Shown here one piece after another: positions 37,212 to 47,017 of a stretch of 54,721 bases of DNA. Each line of letters starts with the position of its first letter. Position 1 is the first letter of the stretch. Position numbers and translations under genes: made by a program. The stretch is taken from positions 1-54,721 of IMG/VR virus record IMGVR_UViG_3300046010_002013, one strand, 5' to 3'. The notes beneath the pieces were generated by a model. It worked only from the letters and a program-made list of their open reading frames with translations, made no database searches and was not told the origin of the DNA. This stretch comes from a virus (lineage: Duplodnaviria > Caudoviricetes).

Positions 37212-37820
37212 AACTTCATCAGCGCAGAAATTACTTAATGGTGATTTATCAATAACTGCGTTGGTGAAGTTTTAATTATCAAGTATAGGCATTGGTTTTG
37301 GATATTTGTCATGTCCGGTAAGATAATTTGACTGGTTACACCAGTGTCTATAGCTTGATAGTTCGCGCATAGCGCATCGGTAATGGCACGACGCTCAGAA
37401 ATAGGAGACTTGGGATTGGCTGAAAGTACGCCAACGAATACTGAGATTACTATCATGACAGCTTGGAAAGACAAGCACTATCAAGTCATAACAGACTGGC
37501 TCTAAGGTGGTCGCGGTCATTAACGTGATGACGCTGACGCTCTATGGTGTAAGTCCTCACCTGTTATGACTTGATAGTTAATGCGTAGGCTGATACGCGC
37601 GGGAATTGACATCGCTTAATTGAACAGGGGAGCATACTAGGTTGCTCACTGGCAGAACCTTCTGCAAGCCGGAGATCAGCACCGGCAACTATCACATTTA
37701 TTGTTATGAAGGATTGAGTATCTTGGTGTCCTCTCGCACCAGAAAAAGACGGGAGAAGTTTTCGCATCGTGTTTCTTGCAACGCTTCTTCGATGTGTGAT
37801 ACTCAATCGCTTGATAACAA
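37212..37820 (+). ncRNA. Putative cluster of structured non-coding RNAs
   Basis: A chain of long closing stems with G-U pairs, an 18-bp perfect inverted repeat, loop-loop complementarity, and no convincing ORF. Confidence 0.6.
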
Positions 37821-37832
37821 TTACTTTTAAAG

Positions 37833-38072
37833 GTGAATATGAGATACCGCAGTATTCAGAACCCAACATATCAAATAGAAGCTACTGAGTGGTTAGGAGA
37901 CACAGACCATCCGGTAGTAGTCAATCTCAAACACGGAGACCCGCGAGGCTGGTTTGAGAACTCGTCAGGCTGGCACACCGTTCAAGTAGGTGACTGGATC
38001 GTTGAAGGCGGTAAGAACGAGTATTACCTCGTCAAGCCAGAACTGTTCAAACGAACTTATGAACCTGCCTAA
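37833..38072 (+). CDS. Hypothetical phage protein (PGDYG-like motif)
   Basis: IEA..W, VGDWIV and Y.VKP..F..TYE; TAATG-coupled to terL. Confidence 0.7.
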   Translation: MNMRYRSIQNPTYQIEATEWLGDTDHPVVVNLKHGDPRGWFENSSGWHTVQVGDWIVEGGKNEYYLVKPELFKRTYEPA

Positions 38073-39631
38073 TGAACGTCGCTGAAATGCTTCAACAAGT
38101 AGAGGAAGAGCAGTCGCGTAGATCCGCGTCCGCTTGCCTTTACGAGTTCGTTAAGCAGAGTTGGCACGTCGTTGAGCCAGGAATTCCGTTCATTGCTTCA
38201 TGGCATATTGAAGAGATATGTGAGCATCTTGAGGCGGTCAGTTCCGGTGACATACAACGCCTGCTCATCAATATCCCGCCACGTCATTCAAAGTCGACTA
38301 TTGTCAGCGTCATGTGGCCAGCTTGGGAGTGGATCACTGACCCTGCCCAAAAGTTCCTTTGCGCGTCTTACTCCGGTGGTCTGTCAACTCGTGACAACTT
38401 AAAGACACGTCGGTTGCTTCAGTCACCGTGGTATCAGAAACGTTGGGGACATATGTTCGCCTTTGCCGGTGATCAGAATGCGAAGCAGCGGTTTGAAAAC
38501 GACAAAACCGGATACAGGATTGCGACGTCAGTCGGCGGTACTGCGACCGGTGAAGGTGGTTCACGTCTGATACTTGACGATCCTCACGGCGCTCAAGCCG
38601 CTCAGTCTGAAGCGATGAGGGAGTCAGATCTTGAGTGGTTTGACATGGTTTGGTCTACTCGTTTGAACAATCCGAAGACAGACGCCATGGTCACGGTCAT
38701 GCAGCGGTTACACGAACGTGACATCAGCGGTCATATTATTGAGGACATCAAAGGGTGGGAACATATTTGCATCCCTGCTGAGTATGACGGTAAACGTCGT
38801 AAAACTGTACTAGGTGAGTACGACCCTCGTAAAAAGAAAGGGGATTTGATCTGTCCTGACCGGTTCGGTGAAGCTGAGATCACTAAGCTCAAGCAGTTAC
38901 TCGGTGAGTACGGCTCTGCCGGACAGCTTCAGCAAGAACCCGCTCCCGCTCAAGGCGGTATCCTCAAGACGAAGTACTTCAACCTCTGGCCAGCGGATCA
39001 AGGTCTACCTCCGTTTGAATACATTTTGCAGTCTTACGACTGTGCGTTCACTGAAAAAACGACCGGTGATCCTACTGCCTGCACAGTTTGGGCTGTGTTT
39101 ACGTATAAAGGTGAGCGTAACGTTATGTTGATTGACGCTTGGGATGAACATTTGAGCTATCCAGCATTGAGAGCGAGAGCCGTGAAAGACTGGACTACGG
39201 AGTACGGAGGGATGACTAAGGACTCGCCATACTCACGTGCGAAGCGTCCTGACCGTATATTGATTGAGGCGAAAGCCAGCGGTCAATCATTGCTTCAGGA
39301 CTTACGCCTTGCGAAAGTTCCTGCCGTCGGTTATAATCCAGGTCAAGCTGATAAAATTTCACGCGCACATCAAGCCGCTCCTACTTTAGAACTCGGTTTG
39401 ATCTGGATTCCTGAGTCAAAGAAAAATCCTACTCAAGCCGTGAGCTGGGCATCAGCGTTCATTAAACAATTAGCGAAGTTTCCCGTCGCAGAGCATGACG
39501 ACTACGTAGATACTTTCACGCAGGCAATCATTTACCTCAAGAATGATAACTGGTTTGAGTTACCGCGTGCTCGTGACGTTGATGAACCTCGTGTTAAAAA
39601 CCGTGAGAGGGTAAACCCGTATGCCGTATAA
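38072..39631 (+). CDS. terL: Terminase large subunit
   Basis: INIPPRHSKS, TGEGG..LILDDP, VMQRLHE.D, QSYDCAF, IEAKASG and HDDYVD. Confidence 0.95.
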   Translation: MNVAEMLQQVEEEQSRRSASACLYEFVKQSWHVVEPGIPFIASWHIEEICEHLEAVSSGDIQRLLINIPPRHSKSTIVSVMWPAWEWITDPAQKFLCASYSGGLSTRDNLKTRRLLQSPWYQKRWGHMFAFAGDQNAKQRFENDKTGYRIATSVGGTATGEGGSRLILDDPHGAQAAQSEAMRESDLEWFDMVWSTRLNNPKTDAMVTVMQRLHERDISGHIIEDIKGWEHICIPAEYDGKRRKTVLGEYDPRKKKGDLICPDRFGEAEITKLKQLLGEYGSAGQLQQEPAPAQGGILKTKYFNLWPADQGLPPFEYILQSYDCAFTEKTTGDPTACTVWAVFTYKGERNVMLIDAWDEHLSYPALRARAVKDWTTEYGGMTKDSPYSRAKRPDRILIEAKASGQSLLQDLRLAKVPAVGYNPGQADKISRAHQAAPTLELGLIWIPESKKNPTQAVSWASAFIKQLAKFPVAEHDDYVDTFTQAIIYLKNDNWFELPRARDVDEPRVKNRERVNPYAV

Positions 39632-42161
39632 TCAACAGATGAGAGCGCTGGATCAACAACCTAGCCTAGCTAAGCTCGCTGAAATGCTTCAATCTACTCG
39701 TAGCGCTGGTAATCAATACTCAGTACCTGATTGGGTTCCGTTGGTCGGAGGATCCGGTGTCGGTGACATGTTCCTCGGTAAATCACCAGAAGAAATTGAG
39801 AACTGGTCTTACGGCAACGCACCTATGCAAGTTCCTGAGATGAGCAGAGTACCTCAATTCAAGAAAGGTCGTGCCCAGTCACTCGCTGATACGGCTATGT
39901 TGCTCTCCGGTCCTGCTGAAAGTACAGCGCGTAACGCTGCTGCCGGTAATGTTGGTATGATTATCAAACCGAAAGGCGGTAATTGGCTTGATGACAATTT
40001 AAAAAGGGTTTTAAGCAGTTACTCTGAACGTACTTCTGAACCTGTTCAAGATTGGGTTCAAAAGAAATTAGGAAGTTATATTAGAAATGAAATGGGAACA
40101 CTTGAAGATCCTATCCGTCGTATAGCTGATGAGTGGCCAGCAAAACAAGAAAAATTATTAGCACCTCAATTAAAGAAACGTGACAAGTTAGAAGATTTGA
40201 TAGCTAAATACGAAGTTGAACCCGTTCCTGCCGGAGTTGATAATCCTGAAGCATGGCGTGCCGCTCGTTTACGTACCTCTCAACGTGATCTTGAAGGTAT
40301 TAATGATGAAATTGATCGTATACAAAATTATAATCCGTTACATTATACTCCTGAAACGCTTCCGTATTTTAAAACTAATAACATGAAAACTAAACGTGTT
40401 AAATCGGGTTATCCGGCAGAAGGTGTCGCTAAATCTGATTTAGCAAAACTTTGGGAACATTACGCTGATGAACAAATACAACCTGACACAGTGGGTGGTA
40501 TGAAAAACTTTGAAGGTTATTTAGATTCTCAACCTTATTTAAAAAACGCTCCTGACGACACTAAAGTTTATACATTAGACGGTGGGGACACCGGTTTTAA
40601 TAAAATAGCTCACGGGTTACAAAAGGCGTTAGATACGTATCCTGTTGAATTACCTCCGGAGTTACGTATAAACCCTGAAAAATTAAACCGTATATCTGTA
40701 CCTCAAGCCGTTGAACACACTGCTAAGATAAATGATTATTTAGCTCAACAAGAAGCTATAGAAAATATGAAACGGTCTCGTAACGAAGCTGTTGTAGATT
40801 ACAAACAATATCCGGACAAAGGGTTGTCATGGGTTGAAATCAAGAACCCAAACAAAGTGTTAGAAGATCCTTATGATTTACCGGAAGACGCACACGAGTC
40901 CGTGTATGAGTTAGCAAGACGTAAGGCACGATCAGAACGTTTAGATCCTGAAAGTGATGATTTCAGATTTAGAGTTGAGGAACTGGTTCCTGAAATAGGA
41001 AGTCGTTGGTATAATGCTGATCTTGTAGGTAAAGCTCTGAAGTATGAAGGAGACACGATGAACAACTGCGTCGGCGGTTATTGTGACCAAGTACTAGACA
41101 ACACATCTCGTATATTTTCATTACGTAACAGTCGGGGTGAACCGCATGTGACGATTGAAACTAGACCGATGGAAGAAGATTTGTATTATAATAAATTGAT
41201 GGATGAGTTACCTCAAGATGAACAAGCTAAATTAACCGTAGATGCTAATGATTACAATTCGGCTAATCCTCATTTAGGTTATAAAGAATCTGTAATAGAG
41301 TTGATGAAAGATCGATACGGACCTCCTAAAGAAAGAATTGTTCAAATCAAAGGCAAACAAAACGCTGCGCCTAATGAAAAGTATTTGCCTGCTGTTCACG
41401 ACTTTGTGCGCTCAAAAGATTGGTCAAGTGTTGAGGATTTAGAAAACACGTTATTAACAGATTTAAATAAAAGTGGAAGTCAAATGCATCCAGAGTTGTA
41501 TAAAGCAGCAACCGACAAATACGGTAGGTTTGTTACTGATGACGAATTAAATTCTCTGCGTGATGAATTTTATGAAAGAAATAAAGACATACCTATCAAA
41601 GGATTCGCTGGCGGCGGTTTAGTCGGTACACCTCCTACGATGTACGATCCTATGAAAGTAGACGACATCGTTGCATCAATCGATGCTCCTCAAGGTTATG
41701 CTGAAGGCGGTTCAGTAGACAAGGACAGTTTGCAGTTAGACAAACCTCAACGCACGCCGAACCATCCTACGAAGTCACACATCGTGAAAACAATGGTAGA
41801 CGGTAAGGAGAAGATCATTCGATTCGGTGAACAAGGTGCTGAAACAGCAGGTAAGCCGAAAGAAGGTGAATCAGACCGCATGACAGCAAAGCGTGAGTCA
41901 TTCAAGGCTCGTCACGCAAAGAACATCGCAAAGGGTAAAAGCAGCGCCGCATATTGGGCGGATAAAGTTAAATGGGCAGACGGCGGTAGTGTGTCTATGA
42001 AAGATCTACCGTTTAATGATCCCGACCAATTACGACTTTATCATCAAGCGATGCAGCATTTCGACGATTTGATTGACAACACGGGCGGTTCAGTAACTTC
42101 TCAGCAAGACGAATTACATCGCAGAGCGATGGCTCATTACGATGATTTAATGGCTGCTTGA
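39621..42161 (+). CDS. Large multidomain protein with a PcfJ-like domain
   Basis: EGDTMNNCVGGY...IFSLR....PHVTIE...QIKGKQN; C-terminal IIRFG...SFKARH...AAYWADKVKW domain. Confidence 0.6.
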   Translation: MPYNQQMRALDQQPSLAKLAEMLQSTRSAGNQYSVPDWVPLVGGSGVGDMFLGKSPEEIENWSYGNAPMQVPEMSRVPQFKKGRAQSLADTAMLLSGPAESTARNAAAGNVGMIIKPKGGNWLDDNLKRVLSSYSERTSEPVQDWVQKKLGSYIRNEMGTLEDPIRRIADEWPAKQEKLLAPQLKKRDKLEDLIAKYEVEPVPAGVDNPEAWRAARLRTSQRDLEGINDEIDRIQNYNPLHYTPETLPYFKTNNMKTKRVKSGYPAEGVAKSDLAKLWEHYADEQIQPDTVGGMKNFEGYLDSQPYLKNAPDDTKVYTLDGGDTGFNKIAHGLQKALDTYPVELPPELRINPEKLNRISVPQAVEHTAKINDYLAQQEAIENMKRSRNEAVVDYKQYPDKGLSWVEIKNPNKVLEDPYDLPEDAHESVYELARRKARSERLDPESDDFRFRVEELVPEIGSRWYNADLVGKALKYEGDTMNNCVGGYCDQVLDNTSRIFSLRNSRGEPHVTIETRPMEEDLYYNKLMDELPQDEQAKLTVDANDYNSANPHLGYKESVIELMKDRYGPPKERIVQIKGKQNAAPNEKYLPAVHDFVRSKDWSSVEDLENTLLTDLNKSGSQMHPELYKAATDKYGRFVTDDELNSLRDEFYERNKDIPIKGFAGGGLVGTPPTMYDPMKVDDIVASIDAPQGYAEGGSVDKDSLQLDKPQRTPNHPTKSHIVKTMVDGKEKIIRFGEQGAETAGKPKEGESDRMTAKRESFKARHAKNIAKGKSSAAYWADKVKWADGGSVSMKDLPFNDPDQLRLYHQAMQHFDDLIDNTGGSVTSQQDELHRRAMAHYDDLMAA

Positions 42162-42189
42162 TCAGCTACTTAATAACAAACAGAGGCAC

Positions 42190-44709
42190 ATGATGGCGAA
42201 GCAATTAGAAGACGATTACGAAGATCAAAACGAAGATGATCAACAGGAAGGTGAAGACGTCGAGTTCGATGAAGATAACACCGAAGTTGAAGACACTGAC
42301 GACGGCGGCGCAATCATACGTCTTGAAAATGAAAAAGATGAGCAAGCTCATTTAGAACACTTCGCAAATATTATTGATGAAGTAGATCAAGGTGAGTTGA
42401 AAATGTCAATTAACGAATTGATTGACAAAATAGCTAACGATAAAGAAGCACGCGAAAAACGTGACAAGCAATACGAAGAAGGTATTCGCCGTACCGGTTT
42501 AGGTGATGATGCTCCTGGAGGCGCTCAGTTCACCGGCGCTAATAAGGTCGTTCATCCGATGCTTGTTGAAGCATGCGTAGACTTTTCTGCCCGTGTTATG
42601 AAGGAGATCTTTCCTGCTAATGGTCCTGTTAAAAGTAAGATTGTCGGTGAGAAAGATCAAACAAAGGTAGAGAAAGCAGATCGTAAAGCAGACTTTATGA
42701 ACTGGCAATTAACCGAGCAGATGGTTGAGTTTCGCGGTGAGCTTGAACAACTCAGTACACAGCTACCGCTCGGCGGTGGTCAGTATATGAAGTTCATGTG
42801 GAACTCTTTACATAAACGTCCGGTGTCTGAGTTTGTACCGATTGATGACGTTTACCTGCCGTTCGCTGCTACTAATTTTTACACAGCGGAGCGTAAAACT
42901 CATGTACAATATATTACTAAGTTTGAATATGATCGTCGTGTTAAAAGTGGTATGTATATTGATGTTGATCTCGGTGTGCCTACTGATCCTGAATTTAGTA
43001 GAGCATCTCAAGCTAACGATAAAATTGAAGGTAGAAAAGACCTTAGTTACAACGAAGACGGATTGCGTACCATTTTTGAAATCTACACATACTTAGACTT
43101 TGGTGATGGTCCTGAACCTTACATACTTAGCGTAGACAAGTCTACTGAGAAAGGGTTAGCGCTTTACCGTAACTGGGAACCGGACGACCCTCAAAAGAAA
43201 GAGTTGGACTGGATTGTTGAGTTTGCTTTTGTACCTTGGCGTGGTGCTTACCCTATTGGTTTGACTCACATGATCGGCGGTTTATCAGGTGCAGCTACCG
43301 GCGCTCTACGTGCTCTACTTGATTCAGCGCATATTCAAAACGTTCCTACTCTGCTCAAACTTAAAGGCGGTCCTGGTGGGCAGACGTTGAACGTACAACC
43401 TACTGAAGTTGTTGAAATGGAAGGCGGTGCGTTGATAGATGACGTGCGTAAATTAGCTATGCCTTTACCGTTCAACGGTCCTTCACCTGTTTTGATGCAG
43501 TTGCTTGGCTTCCTTGTTGATACCGGTAAAGGTGTTGTGCAAACCACGTTTGAAAAACTGTCAGATCAGAATCCAAATCAACCTGTCGGCACTACGATGG
43601 CGTTGATTGAACAAGGTATGGTTGTGTTTAACTCGATTCACTCGCGTTTACACAGCTCAATGACACGTAGTTTGAAGATTTTGCACCGAATCAACAGCGC
43701 ATACCTGACTACAGAAGACATCGAAGCGCAAATATCCGGTATTGATATTGATCCGTCAGACTTTGACGGTCCGATGGACGTTATTCCGGTAAGTGACCCT
43801 GCTATTTTCAGTGAAACACAGCGTTTTGCTCAAATTCAGGCAATTATGCAGCGTTCTCAGCTATATCCGCAGCTATATGACCTACGTAAAGTTGAAGAGA
43901 TGTTCCTCAGAACGTTAAAAGTACCTGACAGCGAAGTATTGAAGCCAAAACCGGCGCAAGATGACATGGATCCTGTGTCTGAAAACGTAGCTGCGGTTAT
44001 GGCGTCACCTATTTACGTACTCCCGTCTCAAGATCACATAGCTCATATCATTACGCACATGTCATTCTTGAAATCACCATTGTTCGGTTCTAATCCTTTC
44101 ATCGCTCAGTCATATTTATTCCCTATGGCTATGCATTTACGTGACCACCTGCTCAATTATTACATGGTTGAGTCACATAACGCTGTAGATAAGGCGCAGA
44201 AAGAAGATTTGATTCAAGATAAACCAGATCAACAAGTACCTATTATGTTGCAAGTTCAACAGTTTATTGAACAGCAAATGGGTAACTTCGGTCAAGAACT
44301 TAATGCAGTAGCTGAAGAAGCTAAAAAGTACATGCCTGAACCTCCACCTCAGCAGTCTGATAATTCTCTTGAGATTGCACAAATTAGCGCAGGGATTCAA
44401 CAAAAAGCGTTGGATCAGAGAGCGCAAACTGATCAAGCAAAACTACAACTTGATCAAGTTAAATTGCAAGCACAAACGCAATCAGAACAAGCAAAAATGT
44501 CAGCACAACAGCAAGAACGTGTTGAAAAAATGCAATTTGAACAAGCTCGTATTTACGCTGAAGATCAAAGAGCTAGAGCTGAAATACAGTCTCGTGAAGC
44601 AATTAACGCGGCTGACAATGAAACTGCTAAAATTATTACCGCCGCAGAATTAGAACATGACAGTAAAACGTCATTGACGACAGGAACCGGCATTAACTTC
44701 AATCCTTAG
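42190..44709 (+). CDS. Portal protein
   Basis: HPMLVEACVDFSAR...FPANGPVK, PVGTTMALIEQG...IHSRLH and a Gln-rich barrel tail; follows terL. Confidence 0.88.
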   Translation: MMAKQLEDDYEDQNEDDQQEGEDVEFDEDNTEVEDTDDGGAIIRLENEKDEQAHLEHFANIIDEVDQGELKMSINELIDKIANDKEAREKRDKQYEEGIRRTGLGDDAPGGAQFTGANKVVHPMLVEACVDFSARVMKEIFPANGPVKSKIVGEKDQTKVEKADRKADFMNWQLTEQMVEFRGELEQLSTQLPLGGGQYMKFMWNSLHKRPVSEFVPIDDVYLPFAATNFYTAERKTHVQYITKFEYDRRVKSGMYIDVDLGVPTDPEFSRASQANDKIEGRKDLSYNEDGLRTIFEIYTYLDFGDGPEPYILSVDKSTEKGLALYRNWEPDDPQKKELDWIVEFAFVPWRGAYPIGLTHMIGGLSGAATGALRALLDSAHIQNVPTLLKLKGGPGGQTLNVQPTEVVEMEGGALIDDVRKLAMPLPFNGPSPVLMQLLGFLVDTGKGVVQTTFEKLSDQNPNQPVGTTMALIEQGMVVFNSIHSRLHSSMTRSLKILHRINSAYLTTEDIEAQISGIDIDPSDFDGPMDVIPVSDPAIFSETQRFAQIQAIMQRSQLYPQLYDLRKVEEMFLRTLKVPDSEVLKPKPAQDDMDPVSENVAAVMASPIYVLPSQDHIAHIITHMSFLKSPLFGSNPFIAQSYLFPMAMHLRDHLLNYYMVESHNAVDKAQKEDLIQDKPDQQVPIMLQVQQFIEQQMGNFGQELNAVAEEAKKYMPEPPPQQSDNSLEIAQISAGIQQKALDQRAQTDQAKLQLDQVKLQAQTQSEQAKMSAQQQERVEKMQFEQARIYAEDQRARAEIQSREAINAADNETAKIITAAELEHDSKTSLTTGTGINFNP

Positions 44710-44718
44710 GAGGATAAT

Positions 44719-44853
44719 ATGAATGATACAAAAGGCAAAGAAGTACCTATGACTGGCGCTTTCGTAAAGCAACATAAACGTATGGCGGCTGGTGAAAAAG
44801 TAGACGGACAAAAATTACCAGCAGCACCTTCAACGCCGAAAACACCAGTGTGA
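44719..44853 (+). CDS. Small hypothetical protein (44 aa, not in the ORF track)
   Basis: AGGAGG Shine-Dalgarno; VKQHKRMAAG motif. Confidence 0.6.
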   Translation: MNDTKGKEVPMTGAFVKQHKRMAAGEKVDGQKLPAAPSTPKTPV

Positions 44854-45047
44854 ATTTAGAAACGAAATTGTTAAACAAACTCAAAGTAGAACAGCAGACA
44901 TTTGCGGTTGAGGCTTTGAAGCACCCACACTCACGCGATGCCTTTGAGTACGGGTATCGCGTCGGGACAGTTGCCGGATATGAAGCGGCAATTAATGTAC
45001 TTTTAAATCTTATAGAAGAGGATAAACACAGTGACAACGACCTTTGA
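44850..45047 (+). CDS. Hypothetical protein
   Basis: GTGA-coupled; FEYGYRVG...GY motif. Confidence 0.7.
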   Translation: MNLETKLLNKLKVEQQTFAVEALKHPHSRDAFEYGYRVGTVAGYEAAINVLLNLIEEDKHSDNDL

Positions 45048-45441
45048 GAATGCAATGATAGAGGCTTTCCCAGCAGTAGATGCAGGTATTCAGCCTTTCG
45101 GCAGCCGCGTTCTGATTCAGATTCGCACTCCGAAAAAAGTTTCACGCGGTGGTATTATTTTAGATACCGGAACACAAGATACTGAAAAATGGAACACGCA
45201 GGTGGGTAAAGTTATTTCACTCGGACCTCTCGCGTTCAAAAATAGAAATGACATGACACCGTGGCCAGAAGGTGACTGGTGTACCGTAGGTGAGTTTGTC
45301 AGAGTGGCGAAGTACGGCGGTGATCGTTGGGAAGTTAAAGTTCCTGATAGTGATGAGTCCGCAATGTTTGTAATTTTTAACGACCTTGATATTATCGGTC
45401 AAGTCACAGGTGATCCGTTAGCGATCAGAGCATTCATCTAA
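45031..45441 (+). CDS. GroES/Cpn10-like co-chaperonin
   Basis: IQPFGSRVLI, SRGGIIL mobile loop, GKVISLGP and KYGG...NDLDIIG. Confidence 0.85.
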   Translation: MTTTFENAMIEAFPAVDAGIQPFGSRVLIQIRTPKKVSRGGIILDTGTQDTEKWNTQVGKVISLGPLAFKNRNDMTPWPEGDWCTVGEFVRVAKYGGDRWEVKVPDSDESAMFVIFNDLDIIGQVTGDPLAIRAFI

Positions 45442-45453
45442 AGGAGATGAGTT

Positions 45454-46383
45454 ATGGTAGATGTAATTAGAGAAGATGATGAAGACGTCAATGATGAAAT
45501 TGAAATCATTGAAAACGAAGAAGATTTAAGTGATGAGGCTTATGATGAGCAGATTGCTAGATCTGATGACAATGACGACGTGGAAGACGAGCGTGAAGCT
45601 ATCCGTGAACGTCGTAGAAAAGAAAAACTAGAACGTAAAGAGAGAAAAACACAAGCTATCAGTCGTGATAAACTTGAATTAGACTTTCTGCGCAAACGTA
45701 ATGACGATTTAGAGCGTAGAGTGTCCGTTCAAGAAGTTCGTGCACATCAAACAGACTTAAGCTCTTACGACGCTTACATAGCTCAAGCCGCTCAAGAAGC
45801 GGAAATGGCAGAGCGTGTGATCGCAAAAGCTGTTGAAAGTAGAAACGGAGAAGACGTAGCGCAAGCCTTACGTTACCGTGATCAAGCTATCGCGAAGGTT
45901 CAACAACTTCAATATCAAAAACAACAGGCAGCTCAACAACGTCCGGTGGTGCAACCGAATCAGCTTGATGATTTAACGATGCATTATGCAAAAGAATTCA
46001 TCAATGACAACCCTTGGTATGATGCTCAAGGTCGTGATGAAGATTCGGCGATTGTTATAGCAGTTGATCAAGCTCTAGCAAAAGATGGATTAAATCCACA
46101 GACAGAAGAATACTGGGATGAATTGCGTAAACGAGTTGCGCGCAGATTACCAGAAAAGTTTAAAAAACAACCGAAAGAAAGAGAAGCTCGTGAAGAACGT
46201 ACACCACGTGGAGGTCCCGCCGTAGGATCAGGTCGTGAGCATGCACCGTCTTCTACCCGTAAAGAAATTTACATTAGTCCTGAACGTAAAGCAGCCTTAG
46301 TTGAAGCCGGTGTGTGGGATGATCCGGTGTTACGAATGAAATACGTCAAGCGTTACGCTGAATATGACCGTAATCAAAAATGA
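45454..46383 (+). CDS. Putative scaffolding protein
   Basis: Acidic N-terminus, coiled coil and NPWY motif; between portal and capsid. Confidence 0.6.
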   Translation: MVDVIREDDEDVNDEIEIIENEEDLSDEAYDEQIARSDDNDDVEDEREAIRERRRKEKLERKERKTQAISRDKLELDFLRKRNDDLERRVSVQEVRAHQTDLSSYDAYIAQAAQEAEMAERVIAKAVESRNGEDVAQALRYRDQAIAKVQQLQYQKQQAAQQRPVVQPNQLDDLTMHYAKEFINDNPWYDAQGRDEDSAIVIAVDQALAKDGLNPQTEEYWDELRKRVARRLPEKFKKQPKEREAREERTPRGGPAVGSGREHAPSSTRKEIYISPERKAALVEAGVWDDPVLRMKYVKRYAEYDRNQK

Positions 46384-46391
46384 TGAATAGC

Positions 46392-46419
46392 TTGCTTTTT
46401 TATTTTTATACAATATACT
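46392..46419 (+). promoter_or_regulatory. Sigma70-like promoter upstream of the capsid genes
   Basis: TTGCTT-16 nt-TATACT. Confidence 0.5.
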
Positions 46420-46450
46420 TATTTTCAATCGCTGAATAGGAGCGAATATT

Positions 46451-46981
46451 ATGACAGACGAACGCTTAAAGAAATCCGCTGGTGACAACCGCGACAATCG
46501 TGCGATGACAGATCGTGCAGTTACTCAAAATCGTGAAGTTACAGAAGATGAGCGGGTTGAAATGTTCCGTCAAAGTTTTTTCAACTCCAGTTTACCAGAT
46601 TTACCAAAGATCCCTGGATGGCACTGCTGCTGGTTAACTACGACTAATCCTCGTGACTCTATACAAATGCGTATCCGATTAGGGTATGAACCCGTGAAGC
46701 CAGAAGACGTTCCTGGCTGGGAATACGCAACGCTTAAAACAGGCGACTGGTCAGGATTTATCGGTGTTAATGAAATGTTAGCATTCAAATTGCCGATGTC
46801 TCTATACGAGAAATATATGAGAGAAGCTCATCATGACGCTCCGATGCGTGAGGAAGAAAAACTCACTGACACCGCAGAGTTTTTAGAGCAACAGGCAAAG
46901 TCATCAAAGTCAAGATTGACGCTTGGGGATGGTAATCTAGAAATCGGAGAACATCGGGAAGCTCAATTTGAGCTTTCTTGA
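46451..46981 (+). CDS. Hypothetical head-module protein
   Basis: P.IPGWH.CW...R.RLGYEPVK motif. Confidence 0.7.
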   Translation: MTDERLKKSAGDNRDNRAMTDRAVTQNREVTEDERVEMFRQSFFNSSLPDLPKIPGWHCCWLTTTNPRDSIQMRIRLGYEPVKPEDVPGWEYATLKTGDWSGFIGVNEMLAFKLPMSLYEKYMREAHHDAPMREEEKLTDTAEFLEQQAKSSKSRLTLGDGNLEIGEHREAQFELS

Positions 46982-47017
46982 CGCAACCTTTTAACTTATT
47001 CCTTTTAGGAGCTAATA

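Noticed and set aside
37235-37869. Short ORFs 37235-37474(-), 37564-37869(-), 37642-37830(+), and canonical tRNAs
   Set aside because: The ORFs lack recognisable motifs and two oppose the operon direction; I could not fold a full cloverleaf with a TTC T-loop.
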